Made by a program: the position numbers and the translations under genes | Origin: Eledone cirrhosa | Lineage: Eukaryota | NCBI GenBank assembly: GCA_964016885.1 | Contig: OZ024740.1 | Coordinates: 341,682,001-341,746,000 of the forward strand | Length of the DNA: 64,000 nucleotides | Direction of reading: 5' to 3' | The notes under the pieces: model-generated | Seen by the model: the letters and a program-made list of their open reading frames with translations, nothing else | What the model was told of the DNA's origin: nothing | Databases searched by the model: none | In this document: piece by piece, positions 49,437-64,000 of the stretch | How the letters are laid out: each line of letters starts with the position of its first letter | Numbering within the stretch: the stretch's first letter is position 1

Positions 49437-52400
49437 ACTTGGTTCTCTATCTTGTCTGTAGTACCCTTCTCCTATAACCTGGTTCTCTATCTTGCTTGTA
49501 GTCTCCTTCTCCTATAACTTGGTTCTCTATCTTGCTTATAGTCCCCTACTCCTATAACTTGGTTGTGTATCTTGCCTGTAGACCCCTTCTCCTATAACCT
49601 GGTTCTCTATCTTGCTTGTAGTCCCCTTCTCCTATAACTTGGTTCTCTATCTTGCTTGTAGTCCCCTTCTCCTATAACTTGGTTCTGTATCTTGCCTGTA
49701 GACACCTTCTCCTATAACTTGGTTCTGTATCTTGCCTGTAGACCCCTTCTCCTATAACTTGGTTCGCTATCTTACCTGTAGTCCCCTTCTCCTATAACTT
49801 CCTTCTGTATCTTGCCTGTAGTACCCTTCTCCTATAACTTGGTTCTCTATCTTGCCTGTAGTCCCCTTCTCCAATAACTTGGTTCTCTATCTTGCCTGTA
49901 GTACCCTTCTCCTATAACTTGGTTCTCCATCTTGCCTGTAGTCCCCTTCTCCAATAACTTGGTTCTCTATCTTGCCTGTAGTACCCTTCTCCTATAACTT
50001 GGTTCTCTATCTTGCCTGTAGTACCCCTCTCCTATAACTTGGTTCTCTATCTTGCCTGTAGTACCATTCTCCTATAACTTGGTTCTCTATCTTGCCTGTA
50101 GTCCCCTTCTCCTATAACTTGGTTCTGTATTTTGCCTGTAGTCCCCTTCTCCTATAACTTGGTTCTCTATCTTGCCTGTAGTACTCTTCTCCTATAACTT
50201 GGTTCTCTATCTTGCCTGTAGTACTCTTCTCCTATAACTTAGTTCTCTATCTTGCCTGCAGTCCCCTTCTCCTATAACCTGGTTCCCTATCTTGCCTGTA
50301 GTACCCTTCTCCTATAAATTGGTTCTCTATCTTGCCTGTAGTCCCCTTCTCCTATAACTTGGTTCTCTATCTTGCCTGTAGTCCCCTTCTCCTATAACTT
50401 GATTCACTATCTTGCCTGTAGTCCCCTTCTCCTATAAATTGGTTCTCTATCTTACCTGTAGTACCCTTCTCCTATAAATTGGTTCTCTATCTTGCCTGTA
50501 GTGTCCTTCTCCTATAACTTGGTTCTCTATCTTGCCTGTAGTACCCTTCTCCTATAACTTGGTTCTCTATCTTGCCTGTAGACCCCTTCTCCTATAACCT
50601 GGTTCTCTATCTTGCTTGTAGTCCCCTTCTCCTATAACTTGGTTCTCTATCTTGCTTGTAGTCCCCTTCTCCTATAACTTGGTTCTGTATCTTGCCTGTA
50701 GACCCCTTCTCCTATAACTTGGTTCTGTATCTTGCCTGTAGTCCCCTTCTCCTATAACTTCCTTCTGTATCTTGCCTGTAGTACCCTTCTTCTATAACTT
50801 GGTTCTCTATCTTGCCTGTAGTACCCTTCTCCTATAACTTGGTTCTCCATCTTGCCTGTAGTCCCCTTCTCCAATAACTTGGTTCTCTATCTTGCCTGTA
50901 GTACCATTCTCCTATAACTTGGTTCTCTATCTTGCCTGTAGTACCCCTCTCCTATAACTTGGTTCTCTATCTTGCCTGTAGTACCATTCTCCTATAACTT
51001 GGTTCTCTATCTTGCCTGTAGTCCCCTTCTCCTATAACTTGGTTCTGTATTTTGCCTGTAGTCCCCTTCTCCTATAACTTGGTTCTCTATCTTGCCTGTA
51101 GTACTCTTCTCCTATAACTTGGTTCTCTATCTTGCCTGCAGTCCCTTTCTCCTATAACCTGGTTTTCTATCTTGCCTGTAGTACCCTTCTCCTATAACTT
51201 GGTTCTCTATCTTGCCTGTAGTCCCCTTCTCCTATAACTTGGTTCACTATCTTGCCTGTAGTCCCCTTCTCCTATAAATTAGTTCTCTATCTTACCTGTA
51301 GTACCCTTCTTCTATAACTTGGTTCTCTATCTTGCCTGTAGTGTCCTTCTCCTATAACTTGGTTCTCTATCTTGCCTGTAGTACCCTTCTCCTATAACTT
51401 GGTTCTCTATCTTGCCTGTAGTCCCCTTCTCCTATAAGTTGGTTCTCCATCTTGCCTGTAGTACCCTTCTCCTATAACATGGTTCTCTATTTTGCCTGTA
51501 GTGTCCTTCTCCTATAACTTGGTTCTCTATCTTGCCTGTAGTCCCCTTCTCCTATAACTTGGTTCTCTATCTTGCCTGTAGTACCCTGCTCCTATAACTT
51601 GGTTCTCTATCTTGCCTGTAGTACCCTCCTCCTATAACTTGGTTCTCTATCTTGCCTGTAGTACCCTTCTCCTATAACTTGGTTCTCTATCTTGCCTGTA
51701 GTCCCCTTCTCCAATAACTTGGTTCTCTATCTTGCCTGTAGTACCCTTCTCCTATAACTTGGTTCTCCATCTTGCCAGTAGTCCCCTTCTCCAATAACTT
51801 GGTTCTCTATCTTGCCTGTAGTACCATTCTCCTATAACCTGGTTCTCTATCTTGCCTGTAGTACCCCTCTCCTATAACTTGGTTCTCTATCTTGCCTGTA
51901 GTACCATTCTCCTATAACTTGGTTCTCTATCTTGCCTGTAGTCCCCTTCTCCTATAACTTGGTTCTGTATTTTGCCTGTAGTCCCCTTCTCCTATAACTT
52001 GGTTCTCTATCTTGCCTGTAGTACTCTTCTCCTATAACTTGGTTCTCTATCTTGCCTGTAGTACTCTTCTCCTATAACTTAGTTCTCTATCTTGCCTGCA
52101 GTCCCCTTCTCCTATAACCTGGTTCTCTATCTTGCCTGTAGTACCCTTCTCCTATAAATTGGTTCTCTATCTTGCCTGTAGTCCCCTTCTCCTATAACTT
52201 GGTTCTCTATCTTGCCTGTAGTCCCCTTCTCTTATAACTTGGTTCACTATCTTGCCTGTAGTCCCCTTCTCCTATAACTTGGTTCTCTATCTTGCCTGTA
52301 GTGTCCTTCTCCTATAACTTGGTTCTCTATCTTGCCTGTAGTACCCTTCTCCTATAACTTGGTTCTCTATCTTGCCTGTAGACCCCTTCTCCTATAACCT

Positions 52401-55400
52401 GGTTCTCTATCTTGCTTGTAGTCCCCTTCTCCTATAACTTGGTTCTCTATCTTGCTTGTAGTCCCCTTCTCCTATAACTTGGTTCTGTATCTTGCCTGTA
52501 GACCCATTCTCCTATAACTTGGTTCTCTATCTTGCCTGTAGTCCCCTTCTCCTATAACTTGGTTCTCTATCTTGCCTGTAGTACCCTTCTCCTATAACTT
52601 GGTTCTCTATCTTGCCTGTAGTACCCTTCTGCTATAACCTGGTTCTCTATCTTGCCTGTAGTACCCTTCTCCTATAACTTGGTTCTCTATCTTGCCTGTA
52701 GTCCCCTTCTCCTATAACTTGGTTCTCTATCTTGCCTGTAGTACCCTTCTCCTATAACTTGGTTCTCTATCTTGCCTGTAGTCCCCTTCTTCTATAACTT
52801 GGTTCTCTATCTTGCTTGTAGTACCCTTCTCCTATAACTTGGTTCCCTATCTTGCCTGTAGTACCCTTCTCCTATAAATTGGTTCTCTTTCTTACCTGTA
52901 GTACCCGTCTCCTATAACTTGGTTCTCTATCTTGCCTGTAGTGTCCTTCTCCTATAACATGGTTCTCTATCTTGCCTGTAGTCCCCTTCTCCTATAACTT
53001 GGTTCTGTATTTTGTCTGTAGTCCCCTTCTCCTATAACTTGGTTCTCTATCTTACCTGTAGTCAACTTCTCCTATAACTTGGTTCTGTATCTTGCCTGTA
53101 GTGTCCTTCTCCTATAACTTGGTTCTCTATCTTGCCTGTAGTACCCTTCTCATATAACTTGGTTCTCTATCTTGCCTGTAGTCCCCTTCTCCTATAACTT
53201 GGTTCTCCATCTTGCCTGTAGTACCCTTCTCCTATAACATGGTTCTCTATTTTGCCTGTAGTCCCCTTCTCCTATAACTTGGTTCTCTATCTTGCCTGTA
53301 GTCCCCTTCTCCTATAACTTGGTTCTCTATCTTGCCTGTAGTACCCTGCTCCTATAACTTGGTTCTCTATCTTGCCTGTAGTACCCTCCTCCTATAACTT
53401 GGTTCTCTATCTTGCCTGTAGTACCATTCTCCTATAACTTGGTTCTCTATCTTGCCTGTAGTACCCCTCTCCTATAACTTGGTTCTCTATCTTGCCTGTA
53501 GTACCATTCTCCTATAACTTGGTTCTCTATCTTGCCTGTAGTCCCCTTCTCCTATAACTTGGTTCTGTATTTTGCCTGTAGTCCCCTTCTCCTATAACTT
53601 GGTTCTCTATCTTGCCTGTAGTACTCTTCTCCTATAACTTGGTTCTCTATCTTGCCTGTAGTACTCTTCTCCTATAACTTAGTTCTCTATCTTGCCTGCA
53701 GTCCCCTTCTCCTATAACCTGGTTCTCTATCTTGCCTGTAGTACTCTTCTCCTATAAATTGGTTCTCTATCTTGCCTGTAGTCCCCTTCTCCTATAACTT
53801 GGTTCTCTATCTTGCCTGTAGTCCCCTTCTCCTATAACTTGGTTCACTATCTTGCCTGTAGTCCCCTTCTCCTATAACTTGGTTTCTATCTTGCCTGTAG
53901 TGTCCTTCTCCTATAACTTGGTTCTCTATCTTGCCTGTAGTACCCTTCTCCTATAACTTGGTTCTCTATCTTGCCTGTAGACCCCTTCTCCTATAACCTG
54001 GTTCTCTATCTTGCTTGTAGTCCCCTTCTCCTATAACTTGGTTCTCTATCTTGCCTGTAGACCCCTTCTCCTATAACTTGGTTCTGTATCTTGCCTGTAG
54101 ACCCCTTCTCCTATAACTTGGTTCTCTATCTTACCTGTAGTCCCCTTCTCCTATAACTTCCTTCTGTATCTTGCCTGTAGTACCCTTCTTCTATAACTTG
54201 GTTCTCTATATTGCCTGTAGTCCCCTTCTCCAATAACTTGGTTCTCTATCTTGCCTGTAGTCCCCTTCTCCAATAACTTGGTTCTCTATCTTGCCTGTAG
54301 TACCCTTCTCCTATAACTTGGTTCTCTATCTTGCCTGTAGTCCCCTTCTCCTATAACTTGGTTCTCTATCTTGCCTGTAGTACCCTTCTCCTATAACTTG
54401 GTTCTCTATCTTGCCTGTAGTACCCTTCTCCTATAACTTGGTTCTCTATCTTGCCTGTAGTACCCTTCTCCTATAACTTGGTTCTCTATCTTGCCTGTAG
54501 TCCCCTTCTCCTATAACTTGGTTCTCTATCTTGCCTGTAGTCCCCTTCTCCTATAACTTGGTTCTTTATCTTGCCTGTAGTCCCCTTCTCCTATAACTTC
54601 GTTCTCTATCTTGCCTGTAGTACCCTTCCCGTATAACTTGGTTCTCTATCTTGCCTGTAGTACACTTCTCCTATAACTTGGTTCTCTATCTTGCCTGTAG
54701 TACCCTTCTCCTATAACTTGGTTCTCTATCTTGCCTGTAGTACCCTTCTCCTATAACTTGGTTCTCTATCTTGCCTGTAGTACCCTTCTCCTATAACTTG
54801 GTTCTCTATCTTGCCTGTAGTACCCTTCTCCTATAACTTGGTTCTCTATCTTGCCTGTAGTATCCTTCTCCTATAACTTGGTTCTCTATCTTGCCTGTAG
54901 TCCCCTTCTCCTATAACTTGGTTCTCTATCTTGCCTGTAGTACCCCTCTCCTATATCTTGGTTCTCTATCTTGCCTGTAGTACTCTTCTCCTATAACTCG
55001 GTTCTCTATTTTGTCTGTAGTCCCCTTCTCCTATAACTTGGTTCTCTATCTTGCCTGTAGTCCCCTTCTCCTATAACTTGGTTCTCTATCTTGCCTTTAG
55101 TACCCTTCTCCTATAACTTCGTTCTCTATCTTGCCTGTAGTCCCCTTCTCCTATAACTTGGTTCTCTATTTTGCCTGTAGTACCCTTCTCCTATAACTTA
55201 GTTCTCTATCTTGCCTGTAGTCCCCTTCTCCTATAATTTCGTTCTCTATCTTGCTTGTAGTCCCCTTCTCCTATAACTTGGTTCTCTATCTTGCCTGTAG
55301 TCCCATTCTCCTATAACTGGGTTCTCTATCTTGCCTGTAGTACCCTTCTCCTATAACTTGGTTCTCTATCTTGCCTGTAGTACCCTTCTGCTATAACCTG

Positions 55401-58400
55401 GTTCTCTATCTTGCCTGTAGTACCCTTCTCCTATAACTTGGTTCTCTATCTTGCCTGTAGTCCCGTTCTCCTATAACTTGGTTCTCTATCTTGCCTGTAG
55501 TACCCTTCTCCTATAACTTGGTTCTCTATCTTGCCTGTAGTCCCCTTCTTCTATGACTTGGTTCTCTATCTTGCTTGTAGTACCCTTCTCCTATAACTTG
55601 GTTCCCTATCTTGCCTGTAGTACCCTTCTCCTATAAATTGGTTCTCTTTCTTACCTGTAGTACCCGTCTCCTATAACTTGGTTCTCTATCTTGCCTGTAG
55701 TGTCCTTCTCCTATAACATGGTTCTCTATCTTGCCTGTAGTCCCCTTCTCCTATAACTTGGTTCTGTATTTTGTCTGTAGTCCCCTTCTCCTATAACTTG
55801 GTTCTCTATCTTACCTGTAGTCCACTTCTCCTATAACTTGGTTCTCTATCTTGCCTGTAGTCCCCTTCTCCTATAACTTGGTTCTGTATTTTGTATGTAG
55901 TCCCCTTCTCCTATAACTTGCTTCTCTATCTTGCCTGTAGTCCCCTTCTCCTATAACTTGGTTCTCTATCTTGCCTGTAGTCCCCTTCTCCTATAACTTG
56001 GTTCTCTATCTTGCCTGTAGTCCCCTTCTCCTATAACTTGGTTCTCTATCTTACCTGTAGTACCCTTCTCCTATAACTTGGTTCTCTATCTTGCCTGTAC
56101 TCCCCTTCTCCTATAACTTGGTTCTCTATCTTGCCTGTAGTCCCCTTCTCCTATAACTTGGTTCTCTATCTTGCCTGTAGTACCCTTCTCCTATAACTTG
56201 GTTCTCTATCTTGCCTGTAGTACCCTTCTCCTATAACTTGGTTCTCTATCTTGCCTGCAGTCCCCTTCTCCTATAACCTGGTTTTCTATCTTGCCTGTAG
56301 TACCCTTCTCCTATAACTTGGTTCTCTATCTTGCCTGTAGTCCCCTTCTCCTATAACTTGGTTCACTATCTTGCCTGTAGTCCCCTTCTCCTATAAATTG
56401 GTTCTCTATCTTACCTGTAGTACCCTTCTTCTATAACTTGGTTCTCTATCTTGCCTGTAGTGTCCTTCTCCTATAACTTGGTTCTCTATCTTGCCTGTAG
56501 TACCCTTCTCCTATAACTTGGTTCTCTATCTTGCCTGTAGTCCCCTTCTCCTATAACTTGGTTCTCCATCTTGCCTGTAGTACCCTTCTCCTATAACATG
56601 GTTCTCTATTTTGCCTGTAGTGTCCTTCTCCTATAACTTGGTTCTCTATCTTGCCTGTAGTCCCCTTCTCCTATAACTCGGTTCTCTATCTTGCCTGTAG
56701 TACCCTGCTCCTATAACTTGGTTCTCTATCTTGCCTGTAGTACCCTTCTCCTATAACTTGGTTCTCTATCTTGCCTGTAGTCCCCTTCTCCAATAACTTG
56801 GTTCTCTATCTTGCCTGTAGTACCCTTCTCCTATAACTTGGTTCTCCATCTTGCCAGTAGTCCCCTTCTCCAATAACTTGGTTCTCTATCTTGCCTGTAG
56901 TACCATTCTCCTATAACTTGGTTCTCTATCTTGCCTGTAGTACCCCTCTCCTATAACTTGGTTCTCTATCTTGCCTGTAGTACCATTCTCCTATAACTTG
57001 GTTCTCTATCTTGCCTGTAGTCCCCTTCTCCTATAACTTGGTTCTGTATTTTGCCTGTAGTCCCCTTCTCCTATAACTTGGTTCTCTATCTTGCCTGTAG
57101 TACTCTTCTCCTATAACTTGGTTCTCTATCTTGCCTGTAGTACTCTTCTCCTATAACTTAGTTCTCTATCTTGCCTGCAGTCCCCTTCTCCTATAACCTG
57201 GTTCTCTATCTTGCCTGTAGTACCCTTCTCCTATAAATTGGTTCTCTATCTTGCCTGTAGTCCCCTTCTCCTATAACTTGGTTCTCTATCTTGCCTGTAG
57301 TCCCCTTCTCTTATAACTTGGTTCACTATCTTGCCTGTAGTCCCCTTCTCCTATAACTTGGTTCTCTATCTTGCCTGTAGTGTCCTTCTCCTATAACTTG
57401 GTTCTCTATCTTGCCTGTAGTACCCTTCTCCTATAACTTGGTTCTCTATCTTGCCTGTAGACCCCTTCTCCTATAACCTGGTTCTCTATCTTGCTTGTAG
57501 TCCCCTTCTCCTATAACTTGGTTCTGTATCTTGCCTGTAGACCCATTCTCCTATAACTTGGTTCTCTATCTTGCCTGTAGTCCCCTTCTCCTATAACTGG
57601 GTTCTCTATCTTGCCTGTAGTACCCTTCTCCTATAACTTGGTTCTCTATCTTGCCTGTAGTACCCTTCTGCTATAACCTGGTTCTCTATCTTGCCTGTAG
57701 TACCCTTCTCCTATAACTTGGTTCTCTATCTTGCCTGTAGTCCCCTTCTCCTATAACTTGGTTCTCTATCTTGCCTGTAGTACCCTTCTCCTATAACTTG
57801 GTTCTCTATCTTGCCTGTAGTCCCCTTCTTCTATAACTTGGTTCTCTATCTTGCTTGTAGTACCCTTCTCCTATAACTTGGTTCCCTATCTTGCCTGTAG
57901 TACCCTTCTCCTATAAATTGGTTCTCTTTCTTACCTGTAGTACCCGTCTCCTATAACTTGGTTCTCTATCTTGCCTGTAGTGTCCTTCTCCTATAACATG
58001 GTTCTCTATCTTGCCTGTAGTCCCCTTCTCCTATAACTTGGTTCTGTATTTTGTCTGTAGTCCCCTTCTCCTATAACTTGGTTCTCTATCTTACCTGTAG
58101 TCCACTTCTCCTATAACTTGGTTCTGTATCTTGCCTGTAGTGTCCTTCTCCTATAACTTGGTTCTCTATCTTGCCTGTAGTACCCTTCTCATATAACTTG
58201 GTTCTCTATCTTGCCTGTAGTCCCCTTCTCCTATAACTTGGTTCTCCATCTTGCCTGTAGTACCCTTCTCCTATAACATGGTTCTCTATTTTGCCTGTAG
58301 TCCCCTTCTCCTATAACTTGGTTCTCTATCTTGCCTGTAGTCCCCTTCTCCTATAACTTGGTTCTCTATCTTGCCTGTAGTACCCTGCTCCTATAACTTG

Positions 58401-61400
58401 GTTCTCTATCTTGCCTGTAGTACCCTCCTCCTATAACTTGGTTCTCTATCTTGCCTGTAGTACCATTCTCCTATAACTTGGTTCTCTATCTTGCCTGTAG
58501 TACCCCTCTCCTATAACTTGGTTCTCTATCTTGCCTGTAGTACCATTCTCCTATAACTTGGTTCTCTATCTTGCCTGTAGTCCCCTTCTCCTATAACTTG
58601 GTTCTGTATTTTGCCTGTAGTCCCCTTCTCCTATAACTTGGTTCTCTATCTTGCCTGTAGTACTCTTCTCCTATAACTTGGTCCTCTATCTTGCCTGTAG
58701 TACTCTTCTCCTATAACTTAGTTCTCTATCTTGCCTGCAGTCCCCTTCTCCTATAACCTGGTTCTCTATCTTGCCTGTAGTACCCTTCTCCTATAAATTG
58801 GTTCTCTATCTTGCCTGTAGTCCCCTTCTCCTATAACTTGGTTCTCTATCTTGCCTGTAGTCCCCTTCTCCTATAACTTGGTTCACTATCTTGCCTGTAG
58901 TCCCCTTCTCCTATAACTTGGTTTCTATCTTGCCTGTAGTGTCCTTCTCCTATAACTTGGTTCTCTATCTTGCCTGTAGTACCCTTCTCCTATAACTTGG
59001 TTCTCTATCTTGCCTGTAGACCCCTTCTCCTATAACCTGGTTCTCTATCTTGCTTGTAGTCCCCTTCTCCTATAACTTGGTTCTCTATCTTGCCTGTAGA
59101 CCCCTTCTCCTATAACTTGGTTCTGTATCTTGCCTGTAGACCCCTTCTCCTATAACTTGGTTCTCTATCTTACCTGTAGTCCCCTTCTCCTATAACTTCC
59201 TTCTGTATCTTGCCTGTAGTACCCTTCTTCTATAACTTGGTTCTCTATCTTGCCTGTAGTACCCTTCTCCTATAACTTGGTTCTCTATCTTGCCTGTAGT
59301 ACCCTTCTCCTATAACTTGGTTCTCTATCTTGCCTGTAGTCCCCTTCTCCTATAACTTGGTTCTCTATCTTGCCTGTAGTCCCCTTCTCCTATAACTTGG
59401 TTCTTTATCTTGCCTGTAGTCCCCTTCTCCTATAACTTCGTTCTCTATCTTGCCTGTAGTACCCTTCCCGTATAACTTGGTTCTCTATCTTGCCTGTAGT
59501 ACACTTCTCCTATAACTTGGTTCTCTATCTTGCCTGTAGTACCCTTCTCCTATAACTTGGTTCTCTATCTTGCCTGTAGTACCCTTCTCCTATAACTTGG
59601 TTCTCTATCTTGCCTGTAGTACCCTTCTCCTATAACTTGGTTCTCTATCTTGCCTGTAGTACCCTTCTCCTATAACTTGGTTCTCTATCTTGCCTGTAGT
59701 ATCCTTCTCCTATAACTTGGTTCTCTATCTTGCCTGTAGTCCCCTTCTCCTATAACTTGGTTCTCTATCTTGCCTGTAGTACCCCTCTCCTATATCTTGG
59801 TTCTCTATCTTGCCTGTAGTACTCTTCTCCTATAACTCGGTTCTCTATTTTGTCTGTAGTCCCCTTCTCCTATAACTTGGTTCTCTATCTTGCCTGTAGT
59901 CCCCTTCTCCTATAACTTGGTTCTCTATCTTGCCTGTAGTACCCTTCTCCTATAACTTCGTTCTCTATCTTGCCTGTAGTCCCCTTCTCCTATAACTTGG
60001 TTCTCTATTTTGCCTGTAGTACCCTTCTCCTATAACTTAGTTCTCTATCTTGCCTGTAGTCCCCTTCTCCTATAATTTCGTTCTCTATCTTGCTTGTAGT
60101 CCCCTTCTCCTATAACTTGGTTCTCTATCTTGCCTGTAGTCCCATTCTCCTATAACTGGGTTCTCTATCTTGCCTGTAGTACCCTTCTCCTATAACTTGG
60201 TTCTCTATCTTGCCTGTAGTACTCTTCTGCTATAACCTGGTTCTCTATCTTGCCTGTAGTACCCTTCTCCTATAACTTGGTTCTCTATCTTGCCTGTAGT
60301 CCCCTTCTCCTATAACTTGGTTCTCTATCTTGCCTGTAGTACCCTTCTCCTATAACTTGGTTCTCTATCTTGCCTGTAGTCCCCTTCTTCTATAACTTGG
60401 TTCTCTATCTTGCTTGTAGTACCCTTCTCCTATAACTTGGTTCCCTATCTTGCCTGTAGTACCCCTCTCCTATAAATTGGTTCTCTTTCTTACCTGTAGT
60501 ACCCGTCTCCTATAACTTGGTTCTCTATCTTGCCTGTAGTGTCCTTCTCCTATAACATGGTTCTCTATCTTGCTTGTAGTCCCCTTCTCCTATAACTTGG
60601 TTCTGTATTTTGTCTGTAGTCCCCTTCTCCTATAACTTGGTTCTCTATCTTACCTGTAGTCCACTTCTCCTATAACTTGGTTCTCTATCTTGCCTGTAGT
60701 CCCCTTCTCCTATAACTTGGTTCTGTATTTTGTATGTAGTCCCCTTCTCCTATAACTTGCTTCTCTATCTTGCCTGTAGTACCCTTCTCCTATAACTTGG
60801 TTCTCTATCTTGCCTGTAGTACCCTTCTCCTATAACTTGGTTCTGTATTTTGCCTGTAGTCCCCTTCTCCTATAACTTGCTTCTCTATCTTGCCTGTAGT
60901 CCCCTTCTCCTATAACTTGGTTCTCTATCTTGCCTGTAGTCCCCTTCTCCTATAACTTGGTTCTCTATCTTGCCTGTAGTCCCCTTCTCCTATAACTTGG
61001 TTCTCTATCTTACCTGTAGTACCCTTCTCCTATAACTTGGTTCTCTATCTTGCCTGTACTCCCCTTCTCCTATAACTTGGTTCTCTATCTTGCCTGTAGT
61101 CCCCTTCTCCTATAACTTGGTTCTCTATCTTGCCTGTAGTACCCTTCTCCTATAACTTGGTTCTCTATCTTGCCTGTAGTACCCTTCTCCTATAACTTGG
61201 TTCTCTATCTTGCCTGTAGTACCCTTCTCCTATAACTTGGTTCTCTATCTTGCCTGTAGTACCCTTCTCCTATAACTTGGTTCTCTATCTTGCCTGTAGT
61301 ACTCTTCTCCTATAACTTGGTTCTCTATCTTGCCTGTAGTACTCTTCTCCTATAACTTAGATCTCTATCTTGCCTGCAGTCCCCTTCTCCTATAACCTGG

Positions 61401-64000
61401 TTCCCTATCTTGCCTGTAGTACCCTTCTCCTATAAATTGGTTCTCTATCTTGCCTGTAGTCCCCTTCTCCTATAACTTGGTTCTCTATCTTGCCTGTAGT
61501 CCCCTTCTCCTATAACTTGGTTCACTATCTTGCCTGTAGTCCCCTTCTCCTATAAATTGGTTCTCTATCTTACCTGTAGTACCCTTCTCCTATAACTTGG
61601 TTCTCTATCTTGCCTGTAGTGTCCTTCTCCTATAACTTGGTTCTCTATCTTGACTGTAGTACCCTTCTCCTATAACTTGGTTCTCTATCTTGCCTGTAGA
61701 CCCCTTCTCCTATAACCTGGTTCTCTATCTTGCTTGTAGTCCCCTTCTCCTATAACTTGGTTCTCTATCTTGCTTGTAGTCCCCTTCTCCTATAACTTGG
61801 TTCTGTATCTTGCCTGTAGACCCCTTCTCCTATAACTTGGTTCTGTATCTTGCCTGTAGACCCCTTCTCCTATAACTTGGTTCTCTATCTTACCTGTAGT
61901 CCCCTTCTCCTATAACTTCCTTCTGTATCTTGCCTGTAGTACCCTTCTTCTATAACTTGGTTCTCTATCTTGCCTGTAGTCCCCTTCTCCAATAACTTGG
62001 TTCTCTATCTTGCCTGTAGTACCCTTCTCCTATAACTTGGTTCTCCATCTTGCCTGTAGTCCCCTTCTCCAATAACTTGGTTCTCTATCTTGCCTGTAGT
62101 ACCATTCTCCTATAACTTGGTTCTCTATCTTGCCTGTAGTACCCCTCTCCTATAACTTGGTTCTCTATCTTGCCTGTAGTACCATTCTCCTATAACTTGG
62201 TTCTCTATCTTGCCTGTAGTCCCCTTCTCCTATAACTTGGTTCTGTATTTTGCCTGTAGTCCCCTTCTCCTATAACTTGGTTCTGTATCTTGCCTGTAGA
62301 CCCCTTCTCCTATAACTTGGTTCTCTATCTTACCTGTAGTCCCCTTCTCCTATAACTTCCTTCTGTATCTTGCCTGTAGTACCCCTCTCCTATAACTTGG
62401 TTCTCTATCTTGCCTGTAGTACTCTTCTCCTATAACTTGGCTCTCTATCTTGCCTGTAGTACTCTTCTCCTATAACTTGGTTCTCTATCTTGCCTGCAGT
62501 CCCCTTCTCCTATAACCTGGTTCTCTATCTTGCCTGTAGTACCCTTCTCCTATAACTTGGTTCTCTATCTTGCCTGTAGTCCCCTTCTCCTATAACTTGG
62601 TTCACTATCTTGCCTGTAGTCCCCTTCTCCTATAAATTGGTTCTCTCTCTTACCTGTAGTACCCTTCTCCTATAACTTGGTTCTCTATCTTGCCTGTAGT
62701 GTCCTTCTCCTATAACTTGGTTCTCTATCTTGCCTGTAGTACCCTTCTCCTATAACTTGGTTCTCTATCTTGCCTGTAGTCCCCTTCTCCTATAACTTGG
62801 TTCTCTATCTTGCCTGTAGTACCCTTCTCCTATAACATGGTTCTCTATTTTGCCTGTAGTCCCCTTCTCCTATAACTTGGTTCTGTATCTTGCCTGTAGA
62901 CCCCTTCTCCTATAACTTGGTTCTCTATCTTGCCTGTAGTACCCTTCTCCTATAACTTGGTTCTCTATCTTGCCTGTAGTCCCCTTCTCCTATAACTTGG
63001 TTCTCTATCTTGCCTGTAGTACCCTTCTCCTATAACATGGTTCTCTATTTTGCCTGTAGTCCCCTTCTCATATAACTTGGTTCTCTATCTTGCCTGTAGT
63101 ACCCTCCTCCTATAACTTGGTTCTCTATCTTGCCTGTAGTACCCTTCTCCTATAACTTGGTTCTCTATCTTGCCTGTAGTCCCCTTCTCCAATAACTTGG
63201 TTATCTATCTTGCCTGTAGTACCCTTCTCCTATAACTTGGTTCTCCATCTTGCCTGTAGTCCCCTTCTCCAATAACTTGGTTCTCTATCTTGCCTGTAGT
63301 ACCATTCTCCTATAACTTGGTTCTCTATCTTGCCTGTAGTACCCCTCTCCTATAACTTGGTTCTCTATCTTGCCTGTAGTACCATTCTCCTATAACTTGG
63401 TTCTCTATCTTGCCTGTAGTCCCCTTCTCCTATAACTTGGTTCTGTATTTTGCCTGTAGTCCCCTTCTCCTATAACTTGGTTCTCTATCTTGCCTGTAGT
63501 ACTCTTCTCCTATAACTTAGTTCTCTATCTTGCCTGCAGTCCCCTTCTCCTATAACCTGGTTCTCTATCTTGCCTGTAGTCCCCGTCTCCTATAACTTGG
63601 TTCACTATCTTGCCTGTAGTCCCCTTCTCCTATAACTTGGTTCTCTATCTTGCCTGTAGACCCCTTCTCCTATAAACTGGTTCTCTATCTTGCTTGTAGT
63701 CCCCTTCTCCTATAACTTGGTTCTCTATCTTGCTTGTAGTCCCCTTCTCCTATAACTTGGTTCTGTATCTTGCCTGTAGTCCCCTTCTCCTATAACTTGG
63801 TTCTGTATCTTGCCTGTAGACCCCTTCTCCTATAACTTGGTTCTCTATCTTACCTGTAGTCCCCTTCTCCTATAACTTCCTTCTGTATCTTGCCTGTAGT
63901 ACCCTTCTTCTATAACTTGGTTCTCTATCTTGCCTGTAGTCCCCTTCTCCAATAACTTGGTTCTCTATCTTGCCTGTAGTCCCCTTCTCCAATAACTTGG
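49437..64000. repeat. 40-bp tandem satellite, ~364 copies, running off the window end
   Basis: Consensus GGTTCTCTATCTTGCCTGTAGT(A/C)CCCTTCTCCTATAACTT; no spacers and no ORFs. Confidence 0.99.

Noticed and set aside
49437-64000. CRISPR array or coding repeat
   Set aside because: Monomers are contiguous with no unique spacers, there are no cas genes, the context is eukaryotic, and 40 bp is not a multiple of 3, so stops recur in every frame.

Overview
Eukaryotic, AT-rich, microsatellite-dense DNA; the SINE and RTE families suggest a cephalopod such as Octopus (inference). The window holds eight internal + strand exons of an SVEP1/polydom-like gene: a linker, 2 ephrin-receptor-like Cys-rich repeats, 6 EGF domains and the start of a pentraxin/LamG domain. 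The introns are packed with mobile elements: RTE LINEs, CR1/L2-, R4- and CRE-like fragments, tRNA-derived SINEs, MITEs and a mariner relic. There is also an apparently intact ~3.9-kb Penelope-like element (Naiad-type RT plus GIY-YIG) and two degenerate ones. The most striking unexplained signal is about ten unrelated-looking elements, almost all bounded by (TA)n tracts, that each carry a hammerhead-ribozyme-like motif. Many are near-perfect palindromes, one is a retrozyme-like partial tandem, and one has the compensatory U3-A8 core. The last ~14.6 kb is a 40-bp satellite with a ~5-kb higher-order duplication. All alignments and folds were made by eye; no searches were run.
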